Source of the DNA: Lama glama
Lineage: Eukaryota
Reading direction: 5' to 3'
Length of the DNA: 64,000 nucleotides
Assembly: GCA_028534125.1 (NCBI GenBank)
Contig: CM052816.1
Span: 100,008,001-100,072,000, forward strand
Shown: piece by piece, positions 23,959 through 37,758 of the stretch
How the letters are laid out: the number at the start of each line of letters is the position of its first letter
Numbering within the stretch: position 1 is the stretch's first letter
Notes under the pieces: generated by a model
The model's input: only the letters and a program-made list of their open reading frames with translations
Told to the model about the DNA's origin: nothing
Database searches by the model: none
Made by a program: the position numbers and the translations under genes

Positions 23959-26759
23959 TTTAGTTAATTTGTGTTTTTATTAAAAGGAATTTGTTCATTT
24001 TCTTTAAGTCCTCAAATTTACTAGCATAAATTGTTGCATAATATCCTCATTATTATTATATTTTTCCAATATCTAAAGGATTTGTAATGGTATTTCCTTT
24101 TTCATTTCTTATCCTTCTAACTTCGTTTTTCTCCTTTGAAAATTATGTTATGGGTTATTGACTTTACCAATCTTTTCAAAGAGTCATCTTTAGGTTTTGT
24201 TGGTTTACTCTATTATATGCCAGTTTCCTATTTCCTTGACTTTTGCTTATATATTTCACTTAATTATCTATACTATACTAGACTTTTTAGTTGGTAACTT
24301 ACATCATTAATTTTATACATGTGATCTTTTCTTATATATGCATTTGAAACTATCAGTTTCTCTCTAACTGCCAGTTTAGCACATCCAAAAAGTTTTGATA
24401 ATGCTGTACATATTTCAATTAAAAATAATTTGAATTTTCCATTGTGAAATCTTCTCTACATTATTTAGAAGAGTGTTTCGTAATTTATAAATAGTTGTGG
24501 ACTTCTTTGTTATGTTTTAATTGGTTGATTTCTAGTTTATTTCCACTGTTTTCAAGTAGCCTAACTGTATGTTTTCAATCCTTGCATTATGGCCTAGAAT
24601 ATGGTCTATTTTGGAAAAACTTCCATGTGTCTTGTATCAATTAATGAGAAAGATATGTTCAAAATATCCAATCAAAATACTGTATTCCCCTCTTTCTCAA
24701 TTTAGTTCTGCCAATTCTAGTGTTAAATAATTTGAACCTAAGGTTTTAGGAAAGAAGGAATTTAAAATTGTTGTGCATTCCTGTTAGTCTGACCTATTAT
24801 TGTTTGGAAGTGCATCTATTTGTCTCTCATAATACTTTGTTTCATGAAATTTCCTCTGTCTACTTTTAGTAGCCCTGCATCAATTTATTTTCCTTAATAT
24901 ATATCACACGCCTCCCTCCATTTTCAGTGTCCATGTAACTGTGTCCTTAATTTAGAGTGCATGTTTTTGATAAAGAACATATATCTGTTTCTTATTTATT
25001 TTTTATTAAATCTAGATTTTTTTCTTTTAAGTAGGAGCTAGTATATTTATATTAACAATAATCACTGATATAGTTTGGCCTAAATCTACCATCTCATTAT
25101 TTATTTCTAATTATCCTTTCTGTTTGTCCCTTTATTCCTCTTTTTCTTCTTTGGGGTTTAATCAAGTATTTCTGCTTCATTTATTCTCCTCTAATATCTG
25201 TAAATTTACAGAGTTTTATATTACTTTTTTAGGGGTTTCTTTAGAGATTTCAATATGCATCTCTGAGTTAGTTTTTGTTTAAATGTCATCCTAAACAATG
25301 TGAGAACATTTCAACAGTTTTAACATCATTTACCAATACCTTATTTTTTTCATTCCTTACCACATATTTTTACTTTTCTATACATCAACCACCCATAAAC
25401 ATTATTATTTTTGTGTAAAACACTCAACATTCTTTTATGTTTTCCTACAGATTTGTCTTTCCCAGTCCCCTTTAGTCCTTCTGCAGTACTGTGTTCCCAT
25501 TTGGAATTATTTTCCTATGGCTGAAAGAAATTTTCTTTTTTTTTCTTTTTTAGTTTTTATTGTTGTTTAGGTCTGCTGACAATGAATTTACTTAATGTTT
25601 GCCTAAAAGCATTTTATTTCACCTTTCATCTAAGTCAGCTTTACTGAGGAATAATATAAATTCAATAAAGTTCACCAATTTTAAGTGAAGTCATGATGTA
25701 GAACGTTTCCATCACCTTCCAAAATTCCCTTGTGCCTTTCTTAAGTAAATCCGTTTCTCTTTCTTCCAGCTCTTGACAACCACTGATTGACTTTGTGCCA
25801 TTATAGTTTTGTCTAGAATTTCATGTCGTGGTTCTCCCTGGGCATAAAGCATTTGACATTCATTCATGTTGCTTGTATTATAGTACCCTGGTCTGTTTGT
25901 TATTGACCAGTATTTGGATATATGAGTATACCATAATTTGTTCATCTGTTCACCAGTTAAATTACATTTGTTTTTAATTAAAGTTGTTTTAAATTTGGGG
26001 GCACTCTGAATAAAGTTGCTGTGAGTATTCATAAATGCCTTTTTTGTGGGTATACACTTTTATTTTTCTTGAATAAACAGGTAAAAGTAGAATTGTTTGG
26101 TCATTGGATAAATGTTATATTACATTTTATTTAAAAAAAAGAAGAAATATTTTCCCAAGTGGCTGTACCATTTTATATCTCCACCAGAAATTTATGAGAA
26201 TTATAGCTTCTCTGCATCCTAACCGATTGTTGGTATTGTCAGTCTTTTTAACCTAGACGTTCATTCAGCAAATACAGGTGCGGTTGTGTGGGATCAGTAT
26301 TTTTTCCCTTTAATATTTGATGTAACTCACTACTGTAGCCACCTGAACATACATTTTCTTTATGGGATGGTTTTTAAATACACATTTAGTTTATTTAATC
26401 ATTATAGGACTATTCAAATAATATATTTCTTTTGAGTGACCTTTGTTATTTTATGTTTTTCAAGAAGTTTCTTCATTTATTCTTTGATGTCAAATTTATA
26501 GGCAAAAATTTGTTCTTTGTATTTCCTAATATTCTTTAATTTTTCTGTTGGGTCTATAATGGTATCTTCTCTTTCATTTCTAATATTGGTGATTTGTGAC
26601 ATTATTTTCTTCCTTTCAGATTTGCCAAAATATATTAACATTTTATTGGTTTTCAAAGAATTAAATTTGATTCCATTGAGTTTTTCTATTTATTTATGTT
26701 TTCTACTTCATTGATTTCTGCTCTTATTTTTATTGTCTTCTTTCTTCTGCTTACTTTGT

Positions 26760-26909
26760 TTTTTTACTTGAAGCATAGTCAGTTACAATGTATCAATCTG
26801 TTATATAGCACAATGCCCTAGTCATGCATATACAAACACATGTTCATTTTCATATTCTTTTTCATTAAAGGTCATTACAAGGTGTTGAATATAGTTCCCG
26901 TGCTATACA
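26760..26909 (-). mobile_element. Short young L1 3' end
   Basis: 'ttgaagcatagtcagttacaatg..aatatagttcccgtgctatac'; flanked by actttg..tttt on both sides. Confidence 0.88.
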
Positions 26910-29859
26910 ACTTTGGGTTTTATTTGCTCTTTTTTTTTCAAGATCTTTATGGTGGAAACTGAGGTCATCAGTTTTAGACAATTTTTATTTTTGTGGTATA
27001 AGCATTTAATGCTATAAAATTATCTCTATTTGTTGCTTTAGCTGTGTTCCACAAATTTGATATCTTGCTTTTTCATTTTTATGGTTTTAAATATTTTCTA
27101 ATTTCTCTTTAGATGTTTCCTTTGACCCATTTTATATTGTTGCATTATTTAATTTTCAAATATTTCTGGATTTCTTTTTCAAATGTCTTTCTGTTATTTA
27201 TTTTTAGTTTAATTGCATTGTGGTCAGAGGACATACTAGACTTCATTTCAGTCTTCTTAAATTTAAAGGTTTTTTGGTTGTTTTTTCCTTAGAATATGAT
27301 ATATCTTGGTGAATGTAAAATAACACTTGAAAAAATATATCTTATGCTGTTTCTTGGTGAAGTATCCTATAAATATCAACTAGTTAAGTTGACTGAAACT
27401 TGAATACTTACAGTCTCCATCTCTTGTGCTGTTTTTGTCACCAATTTTAATTCCACATATTCTATATAATCACAATACACTTTTTTCTGGCATGCACTAT
27501 TAATTATCTTTAATATTTACTAAAATGTAATAATGACTGCCATATGTGTGCATCTATATGCTATCTATGTATATTTATCTAAGTAATATTCTGGTGCTCT
27601 TTATTACTTTACATAGAGTCACATTTCTGTGTGGAATCATTTTCCTTCTGCCTGGATAAATTATTTTAATACTTTTTATCGTGGATATCTGCTGCTTATA
27701 AATTCTTCCAGCTTCTGCTTATTTAATTAATCTTTGTTACGCTTTTATTTATTAAAGCTGTTTATGCTGGCTGAAGAATTTTCAGTTGGCAGATTTTTAT
27801 TTTTTTCTTTTAAGTCCCAAATATATGTTCACTGTCTCTGGCACACAGATTTCTTTTTTTTTTTCCCGTAGGAAAATCTGCAGTTTTCCATGTTTTCACC
27901 TCTTGATGAAATGTGTTTTTTCCCCTCCTCTGGTTACTTCTGAGATTTCTTTCCTGTTCCAGGGTTTTGATTATGATATTCTGTGGCATGGCTTTCCTTA
28001 GGTTGATTTTTCTTAAGATTCCTAAGTATTATTGGATCAGTGGAATTTTGAGTCTCATCCAATGTAGAACAATTTGGCCACTCTATTTTCAAGTATCTTT
28101 CTTATTTCTTATTTCTGAGACTATATATATATATATGCTTCATATTGTCATCCCACAGATTACCGTTGCTACGTATGTTTTATTCCAGTCTTTTTAGTCT
28201 CTTTGCTTCATATGTTAGTTGCTATAACTGTGTCTTCTAGTTTATGGTCTTTTCTTTTTCATTGTCTGTTATGCTAGTATTTCAACCCAGCCTGTATTTT
28301 TTATTCTGAAGTTTTCTGTCTACAACATTTCCACGTGTCTTTTAGAGACATTCTATTGCTCTATCATGTTTATGTTTTCCTTTATTTTTGTGATTATATT
28401 TTTATAGCTGTTTCCAGCGCCTTTGTCTTCTTGTTCCATCACATGTGCCATTTCCGAGTTTGCTTAATTGATAAATTAGTCTCCTAACTAGTAGTCACAT
28501 CTTCCTGCTTCCTTGTATGTCTGGTGATTGTTTTTAGGGTGCCAGGTATTGTGCATCTTTCTTTTTTTTTTTTTGGATTGCTGGATTTTGTTGTATTCCC
28601 TTAAACAGTGTTGAGTTTGATTCTGATACTCAGTTTAGTATGGAATCAGTTGGATCTTGCTGAGGCTTATTGTTGGATTGTTTCGTTTTGTTTTGTCTTA
28701 TTTTTGAGGCTCGGTTAAGTTATGTCCAGAGAAGCTGTTGCTCCCATGTTAAGTCAGCACCATTACTAAGGTGATAATCCCTGAGCAATCCATCCAATAT
28801 CCTGCTCATTATGAGGGTCCCGGCCTTGTGTAAACTCCAAAAATTGTTCCACCTACTCTGTTCCAGTGGATACCAAATCACTACAGATTTCTCTTTACCC
28901 CAGCATAGTCTTCTGCATGGCTCCTGGAAGGGAAAGCAGTGTGTATCAAGTCACCAGGGCAGCTCCTTCACTCTCTGGGAATGTACAGCATCTTATTCCT
29001 AGTGTGTTCAAAGCTCTCCAGTATCTTCAGAATATGATTTTCACATTTATTGTCTTATATCTGATTGTTATAAAGAAATATTAGCTTTTATGACCTACTA
29101 CAATCCACCTAGAAAAATCAGGTAATTCTTATTGGCCCAAGTCAGTAGGAAAAAGAAAGGTACACAATACACAGCTGTGTCCTCACCAAATGTGACATTT
29201 ATTCAACAAAGTGGAGTTTAGCTCTTAATTCTCATAAAATAGCAGTGTTAGTGAGGTATCCATTTGTACCCCTGAATAATTCAAGTCTCCACCCTTGGGA
29301 AGCTTACAGTCTATTGAATCAGTAAGAAAAAAAGGAAGACTTTCCCACTTTGATTGTGCCTGTAAAGCAGGGGAATCCATTCATGTTTTGCAGTGTCAGA
29401 AGCAAGTAAGAAACCTTGTGTCTGGCCCTGAGAAATGGTCTCAGAAGACCTTCTTCTGCCCCCTCTTCTTCCTTCCTCCTGGCTCTCTCCCCCACTTCTG
29501 GCTCAGCCAGCATTGGACCTTATTGGCCATTCCCTGTTTCTGTGTCTTGGGCTTCCCTTAGATTCCATGACTGGTCTCCCTTCCCGGGTGTCTTCCCTCA
29601 GTGCTTCCTCCAACCGCCCTCCTCCCAGCTTCTGTGGTTAACAGCTGCTCAGCCTGTCCTTCCCCCACCCCAACCCCAGCATCCATTCACCTTGCCATTC
29701 CCTTCCTAGGCTGGGTTAGCTCATGAAGATGTGAATGTTGAACAGAAATGCTCCTAACAGAAGCAGAGCCAAGACACTTGGGAGAAATTCTGACTCCTAC
29801 AAGTGTTCCAATAAAAGAAGAGGGAAAACAGGCTTGGTGGTTATGGGAGATGTGAGACA

Positions 29860-30850
29860 GACGAGTTAAACGTGTAAGGACGGACTAGGGGAGAGTGCGT
29901 TCTGGACAGGGGGTGCCGAAAGAGCAAAGTCACGGAATCATGTGATCAAAGGCTCAGAAGAGGAGGAGAGGACAATGAATGCTTTGAAGAGGCAGGTGTT
30001 GTCCTTCCGGAAAAGGTCTCGGTGGCCAAAGAGAGGAGCAAGTAGTTCTCTGTTGGCAGGTTTGGATGCTCTGAGGCAGAAAACCACATTCAGGTGTGTG
30101 CTTACTAAGATCACAGTGCAGTCTCCGTTTATAAGGGTAACGCAGGTTCTAAATTCAGTGTGTCAGATAAAACTGTGCACTATCAAGATCATCCTTTGAA
30201 GAGTTTTTTATTCTCCAGTGAAGTACAACATGCAGAAATGCTGTCTCTTAGAATGTCCAGCGTGGCCAGTACTGCGACAGATTTCTGTAATTGAGCACAA
30301 CATGAAGTAGTGATTTAGTAGTAGAACCAGAGTGTCTGAAAAGTTCCTATCTGCAGTAAGCAGACAGCTCACTCTCAGCTCCCAGGGAACTTTGCAGAGG
30401 TCGCACTTGTTAATTGCATGTAAGTCATGGCCCGACAGGATGCGCTTTAGATGGATTTTGGTAGGAGACAGTGCAATTGGTGGGATCAGCGAGCAGGCAC
30501 TCAGGCTTCCAGGTGAGAAGCATCTGAACTTCAGCTTGCGGCACAGACGTTTTGAAAAACTTGACAAGTTAATTGGTTTGAGCGATGAGATTTCACCAGT
30601 GAGAAGAGGCAATGAGAATGATGTGTGTGATGGGGAGGATGATGAAGCGTTGGGAGAAATAGGAGTTCAGGAACACGGCTGCTCTCGGTGAAGTGAGGGG
30701 AGGGCTGCTGTGTTGGAGGTGCCACGTTAGAGATGGAGGAGACCCAGTGAGAGGTGCTTGGTCGACAGGCAGACACAGCTGGATGCGGGGAAAGGAGAGG
30801 TCTGCAGGCTGAGAGCTGCCCGCATACGTCACATTTTGAACCACAATCTT
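29860..30850 (-). mobile_element. Degraded L2 fragments
   Basis: Purine-rich motifs 'gcttccaggtgagaag' and 'ttggaggtgccacgttagagatgg'. Confidence 0.5.
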
Positions 30851-31239
30851 GAGTAAGGCAATATGGTCCTACCTGGGGGTTCACAAGTGGATTTGTGGTT
30901 CTGAGGAGGCTTGGGACACTGGCCATCTTTATCTGGGCCATAGTATGCCGTCTAAATTTTATTTCTTAGATCATGGCAGGTACAAGCCAAGCCCTGTCTC
31001 TTCTCACCCTGTAATAGCTCTTACCTCTTCATCCCTAGTGGGTACTCTGGTCGGGGTGGTTGTGACCTTGCTGACTCCTATCTGGTATGATCCTAATCAC
31101 TCAAGCACTCCAGTGTGCTCCTGGAATGAATTTACCAGCAGGAGCCCAAGGCCCCTCATCACCTTCTAAGCGCCAGCCCTGTACCCTAGGGGTGACCTAG
31201 GAAGCCCGCCGGCCCTTAACATTGACCAAGGTGTTTGAG

Positions 31240-31880
31240 TTTGGCTCTTCTGGGGCACAAGCCATAATTCCAATTTTATTTAACTGGAATGGTAAAAAGG
31301 ATGCTGTAATCATGCTTCATTTGCATAAGCAGGACTTCTCAGTACCTCGTGAGGTGTGTAGAACTCACTAAGACCCCTGCCACGCTTTAGCTATTGTTTC
31401 CTTTTCTCCCCCTGGAAAGTTACACAGTTAATTTTTACAACATTTTAATGTAAAACTAACACTGTGTTATGAGCAAGACTTCATAGTTTATATAATTTCC
31501 TTGGATTTATTGCTCAGGATTTTATGTATAAATCATAACACCATCATAAATTAGAAATTGCTTCTCTACTTTGTCCATTTTATTTATAGACAGGGTTGTA
31601 ATTACCAAAGTATTCCTTTTCTAAGCCTCTTGGTGTGACTCCAATCTCATCTATTATGGTTGCATTATTTCCGTGATGCTGTTTATTACTTGGTGCCAGT
31701 CAGCCTGCCACCACACGCACTGTGCGGCAGCCAAGTCGCTAACAGATGAAAAGTTCTAGGAGTCACATCCTTTCCCATCCCATCAATTGTCTATGGATGA
31801 AACTAACTGAAGAATTTTTTTCTAATGTGTTTAGAAGATGCATGTTTGCCTCGGTCTGGCCAGAGAATTGCTCAGAGACT
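31240..31880. promoter_or_regulatory. Candidate conserved non-coding element (enhancer-like)
   Basis: Repeat-free AT-rich block with octamer ATTTGCAT (31319-31326) and multiple TTTAT/ATAAA Hox/Cdx-type cores. Conservation not tested. Confidence 0.4.
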
Positions 31881-34066
31881 TGGACGTGTAGAGGACTTTG
31901 TAGACATAGAGTGAGCCCTGTTTTCTCACTTGTAAGGTAAGATAGTCTCAATGAGGGGGGTTTAATCCGTGGTTTGTGGAGCCCTGAGTTTCCTCAGAGG
32001 TGGCCTAGAGGGTGTCTCTGAGAATTTGAGAGCCTCCTCCCACCTGATGACCAAAGCGGCTGCATTTTTGTTCTGTGTATTGGGTGTCCACTTATATTCT
32101 GTTTGGATAAATGTTTCTGTGGGTCGAAATAGTCCATGGCTTCATGATGCAATTACTTGGGTTGCTATGGATGTGGCAGAAATAATAGCTATGTCATGAG
32201 CCCATGAAGCTCTTTGCCCGTGGACACCTGGATGTGTGGAGGGACCTAGGGGTGAGCAGGAGGCAAGGGGACCCTGTTAAATGAAAGGAGCCTTAACTCA
32301 TTCCCCAAGCCTTGCTTCTGGGGAAGCCAAAAGGACTGAGGTAACATTTCCGGTCTCAACAATCTCGTACTTTAGCGAGGACAGACGCGAGGACCGCGGT
32401 CGAGTTCAAGTAAGCAGAAGGTCGTGCTGGAACTCAGAGGGAGGCTCCCGACTCAACAGGTCCACAGCGCTGGGGGCAGGGGAGGATGCACGCTTCCCGC
32501 CTGAACTGTGACGGAACAGGTGGTGCCCTTCTTAGCTTAGGGTGCAAAGTATTTCATTTTAAGACCCCAGATGACTGCAAACACACCTCCTTATTATTTG
32601 TGCCCAAGTACCCAGTGCGTCAATCATGCAAGACCAGCATTTATGAGCTCTTTTCCCTTCAAGATTTTGCATGTTTCCTCCACGCCAGGCTGGAACACCT
32701 GTTCTCCCGTCACCGCCCACGTCAGTTCTCACCATTGGTCCCACCGTATCATCCCTTCTCAAAGAGCGTCTCTGCACTGTCCCAGGACGCCTCCCACCCG
32801 CATGACTCAGCCATCGTACAGACTTGCGTTTGCTGTTTTCACTCTGAAAACACAGCCAATATTCATGCTTTTCCTTTTCAGCTCTGAGAACATGCACAAG
32901 AGACCCAGTCACCACGTGTCAGAAGCAAAGTCCCTCCAAACCTCTCTGTGCTTCGTCTGCAGAGTCCTGAGCGGTCTTGCTTCGGGAAGCAGCAGAGCGA
33001 AGACGAGGAGCATCGCAGTGTGCGGCTCCCACGGCAGGAGGGCAAAGGCACCGACTAACAGGTGTTTCCCCATCTTCTCAGTTTTGTCTTTGTTACTGAA
33101 GTGCAGAAGAAACAGCAAGTAAACCTCCACGTGTTAACCGCTATGAACCTGCACCTCAAGCGCGTGATGGTCACAGTGCTTGGGAAACTCTGCGTGTGAG
33201 TAAGGAATGGAATTCGCTTGCTTATGTTGTGTGTGAACTTGCCAGCCTTGTGTTCACCTCATTTCTCTGTAATAGAATACATCCAGCTACGTAATCATGT
33301 AGATCTTAGATTCCTCTGTTAGTCTCTGATTTACCTCTCTTTTCTGTGGGGGTGCTTTACATATTTAGATCACATGAGCTGAAGTCTGTTTTTCTGTAAC
33401 ACTTGCTCTAGACTAGAGAGCAAAATATAATTAAGTCATGCTTTTTTTTTTTCATAGAGCATTAACCTTACCAAGAATTCAGATTCCTCTTGGGCATGTT
33501 TTCTGTTTTTTAGTATCATTTCATAATTTTTTTCTAACCAGTCTTTTTATGTTTGGACCACTCATGATGCAATGCCTCTTCTTTTGTCCTTCTCAGCCGC
33601 AGACTTGCCCAACTCTGTTTACCATTGTCTTTGTTCTGGAGAAGGATTTGTAATAGCCTTCTGTCACGTCTACCTGTGTGCCAGAGTTTGCAGCCCTTGG
33701 TTTCCAAGTTTAGTCACCCTGTCCCTACCTACTTTTAATGTAGAACTTCCTGTGGAAATTCTTCAGGCTACTACTGTGGTCCCCTCTCCCAGGATTGTCC
33801 AATAGAGCGTCTATTAGCTTAGTGGCGATTGTATGTCCTTGTCTTGCCCATCTCTGGGTGGCTCTCAGAAGCCCTGCTCACAAAGAGTGGCCACTGGGAA
33901 GCTGTCACTTGGATGAACAAATTAGTAAATACAGTATATGCTATGCAGACACAAGCAGGGCAGTGATCACATAATTCAAAGTTACAAGCATGAACCCGGA
34001 CACTGTAAGTCATATCAGATGGAATGTTTTGGGAAGCTCTCTGGCCGGGGTCATGGTGACTGAAGG

Positions 34067-34269
34067 CGGGGCTGCTCCTCTTTGGCACCACTGGCATTTG
34101 GGGTGGGAGCTTATCCATTGTTTAGGGGGGACTTCCCTATGCATTGTGGGATGTTTAGCAGCATCCCTGGTCTCTTTCTCCTTCTCTCCAGTGGGACAAA
34201 CTCAGTGCCTCCAGACACTGCCACATGTCCCCATGGGGTGGCAAAGCCATCCCTGCTGGAGACCCACTG
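34067..34269. mobile_element. MER20 hAT-Charlie element
   Basis: 'tgcattgtgggatgtttagcagcatccctgg' and 'ctccagacactgccacatgtccc', ending 'gagacccactg'. Confidence 0.93.
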
Positions 34270-34859
34270 ATCTATGTGTAGGTGCTAATTAAGGACAAGT
34301 ATCCAATGGCGACACATGGAAAGAAGAACACATAGAAATGAAAGGGATATGGAGCCCGGCATGTTGACGACTGTCAGAATATATTAAATACATCACATTA
34401 TTCTGATGCAAAACATTCCTTTTAAGTGATTTTTGTCTGTGTCTGCATAACGGCAGTTTCAAAGGAAAGTAGTTTTGCTTGAAGTGGGAATTTATCCAAA
34501 GGTGAAATAAGAGGATCACATCCAACATTTGCCCTGGAAAGATTTAGAATTCTTTTTCTCCTGACAGTAGAGAGAGGGTTCTTTTTTTCCCTTCCTTTTT
34601 AATTTTTTTTTTCACTTTTGGTCCACCAGGGATATCTCAGATTCAGAAGAAAGTACTGATATTTCACAAAAGACAAGTAAAAAGGACTAACCCTCCAGCT
34701 CCCGGCTGCAAATGTTGTGCAGAAAGATTTCCCTGAGTGCCGAGAGGAGGGCAGTTTTCTTTTCAGCGAAAAGTGCAGAAACCTCAGTTAACTTGCAGAA
34801 ATAAAAGGGATATAGGTACCCACCTGTCACTCAAAGATAGTTGCAAAGAAATCAGGGAT

Positions 34860-35300
34860 CTACGGCCAGACCTGGTTTTAAACAACTCGCTCTGCTCGCC
34901 GCGTCGCCCGGAAGCAGGCGCCTCCCCAGGCGTCCGTGGCCGCGGGCGCAGGAGGGCGCTCGGCTGGCTCCGGCCGGTCTGCGGGCCCTCGCGGCGGCCT
35001 GGCCGCGGATGTCGCGGGGCGTCGCCGAACCCACGGGGCGCTCGCAGTGCCTTCCGTCTCCTGCTCCTTGAGTCTGCCTTTCCTTTCATCTGATACGCGA
35101 GGAAGGAGCTTGTCCTCAGAGCCGTCCTTGCTCAGATCCCGCGGTGAGAAAAAGATCATTGCGCATCCGGGCTGAGCAACGTGGAATGAAGTTACCTGGA
35201 CTTCGAAGCTGGCGGAGCTCAGGCTGCGGCGAGGCCCCGGAGCAGCCCGGGCCCTCCATCTGCAAGTGGCGGTCCCCGCGGCTCCGTCCCTAAGCTTCTG
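34860..35300. promoter_or_regulatory. CpG island / candidate promoter
   Basis: Dense CpG; CCGGAAG ETS motif at 34908-34914; CpG-rich shoulder extends to ~35880. Confidence 0.78.
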
Positions 35301-36965
35301 CTTTTGGTCCCCAACCTAACTGATAGCGCGAAGCCTTCTTCCTGCTGAAAGAAATGTGTGCGTGATCATGGCTTAGAAAGAACAACCCAGAGTGAACATC
35401 TCAGCTTAACCAAATGCCCCGGGCTCGCTCCTCCCACTTTGGAATGCTAATTTCGCGGCCAGGGCGGAGCAAGGCTCTGGAACCCGGACTCCCTGTTTGG
35501 GTCTCAGCCCCAGGGTGGAGTCCCACCTGCCGGAGACGGGGCTGCGCCACAGCTGAGCTGTTCTGGGACCTTCCTGATAGGGAGGTGCTGGTTTTGTTCC
35601 CCACGCTGTGACTCTCTGACCTGGAGCTGCAGTCCCAAGGGACATGCCTGGGTTCCCCTCAGTTCCGCACGTGGGGCGCGGTGCAGGACCCGAGCTCCGC
35701 AGTGTCCCGAGCCCTGAGCAAGACCACACTCGGGTGCATTTGTCCCTGTGGCATCGGGGGATGGTGGCCTTCCTCACCAGGCGTGTCATCATGACCAAGT
35801 CAGTAACGTGTGCGGGCGCGAACAGGGAAGGCGGCTGGGCCACAGCAGCCGTCAGCGTCGGATGTCAGTATTCAGCCCCCGAAAAGCAAATCGAGAAAGC
35901 TGAACTCAAGAGGGCCACCCAGGGATTGTGAAAAAGGGAGACCTTTTTGAGCTGAACCTGGCTTTTCTGTATTTGAGTATCATTCAGCAAAAATCTGTGT
36001 CCTGTGGAAAGTTAAAGGGGCGCAAAGATTGGAGAGAAACAGTGCCTGTTGTCCAGATGCTCTGCGCCTGCTAAGTGGCGTTGGCGTGTAGCTCGGGGCG
36101 CCTGCCTTTCGGGGGCCACGGGAGACAAAGCCGGCCTGCTGGGGGTAGGGGTGCGACGGGAGGGAGCTGACCCGACTGAAGGGGAGTTGAGGGTGGAGGG
36201 GTCAGGAGAGCTTCGTGGAGGAGGTAAGGTCAAAGTAACTCTCATTTGCTGACTGAGCGTTTTCCCGAAGGGTTTAGGTCCGTGGAATTCCCTGCTGAGC
36301 CGGCGCCCTGCCTTGCAGGGGGCTCGCCCAGAGCAGGGTGGGAGCTGGCCCGCCCTCCTGGTGTCCCAGGCTTTCACTCCGAGGGGCAAACCCTGGCGGT
36401 GGTGATGGGGCTCCTTTCCCAGCTGTCCCACTAGTATGTCCTGGACCGGAGGCAGGTGCGCACGCCCAGGAAGGGGTACGTGTGCGCCTGCTGCCCCAGA
36501 AGCAGCTGTTGAAGGTCACTCACCAGGAACGTGCACTCCCTTCTCCATCAGCTCTGGCTGATGACGGCTCAGCCTCCCCTTGTCTGAGCAGCCAACGCTC
36601 TGGACGGCGCCTTCTGTGGTCTCCCTCCCCTGTGGAGCAGACCCCAATTCCCTTCTAAAGAACAGACTTCTTTACATGGGATCACAATCGTTTTCCTCAG
36701 TATGTGGTCCGCTTCCCAGAAGTCCTGCTTTCCCCTCCAGGGGGCTGTTGACTCACACACGTCATTGATCTCCCTCCTCCGGCCGGGCCGTGGCTGGCGG
36801 CCAGTCTCATGGCTCTCTGGCTGCTCCCTGGCCGTGCGTGGAAACAACACATTCCACACGCTTTTCAAAGCCTTTAAGACTCCTCCACAAAGGCTGTATC
36901 CTGATCACTTCCTGGAGATTCCTCAGAGACCGCAGAACCACTGGCTGCCCACACCTATCATGCCT

Positions 36966-36997
36966 GGGGCCAGCAGGGGCCAGCAGGGGCCAGCAGG
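36966..36997 (+). repeat. 10-bp tandem repeat (GGGGCCAGCA)x3
   Basis: Directly visible. Confidence 0.9.
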
Positions 36998-37189
36998 TGA
37001 CCCGCTGTGTCTGAGCTCTGACACGCCTGGGCACCAGATGCCCTTCTTCACCTGACAGCAGCGTCTCTGCTTCCAGCATCAGCTTTTCCTGTCCGTGGAG
37101 CCTTTTGGAAGCCTGCTGTCACTCGTTCTCAAAACATCCAGGGGGCTGGGTCCCTGTGATTGCCCTGGGTCACAGAGGGACTTGCCAAT

Positions 37190-37270
37190 ATTATGTGAGG
37201 CGAGTGACTTGTCCCATGTTGCCTGGCGGAGTGTGGGTGCTGGAGGGAAAGCTGTCCCCTGACTCGGATT
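37190..37270. mobile_element. MIR fragment
   Basis: 'gaggcgagtgacttgtccca..ctgactc' resembles the MIR core. Confidence 0.5.
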
Positions 37271-37758
37271 GTGCTCCTGGGATAAGCTTTCTTCCCCTCT
37301 CCACCCGGGGCTGGCTCCTTCCGTCGAGAAGATCGCTTTCCATATGCACTACCTTCAATCCTTCTTTAATAAGAAAAAGAAGGGACAAGAGTAGATTGGG
37401 TGTACACCTCATTTTAGCTTTGTTTGTAGTCTTACTTGTTAAGGTCTTTGCTCTGGTCACTATATTGGAGAGGCACTTGCCACCTTCCCTTTGTGACTCT
37501 TATTAATTTAAACTCTGTGAGTGAGGAAGAGCCCAGATCATTATCAACCACCTAACACCCACAGAAAGATCAGTCAGGCGCCTACCAGTTATAAATCCTC
37601 TGCTCGAGGAGATATTTGTTGCTGGCAAAGATGGTCCTGATGTAATGGAAGCGTTTAATGTAGGAAATGTCGCCCTATTTCTCTTCCTGATGGCACCAGA
37701 CAACCAGGGCAGCAAGGTGGGGGGAGAGGCTGTGGAGGAAGGCTGCCCAGGAAAAGCA

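Larger units (their letters stand above)
20300..29050 (-). mobile_element. Large block of old antisense L1 sequence (at least two L1M/L1ME elements: 3'UTR, ORF2, ORF1) with nested insertions
   Basis: T-rich antisense L1 motifs throughout, e.g. 'aattttagaatcaacttgtcaatttt' and 'aaccaaccttgcattcttggaataaa'. The same ORF2 segment appears near both ~22740-24250 and ~26340-26750. A second 3' end starts at ~25638. Confidence 0.85.

Noticed and set aside
32571..33122. 183-aa ORF
   Set aside because: No recognisable protein features; overlapping ORFs in other frames are equally long.
36966..36997. Tandem CTCF-like motifs in (GGGGCCAGCA)x3
   Set aside because: Each copy mismatches the CTCF core; cannot be supported without ChIP data.
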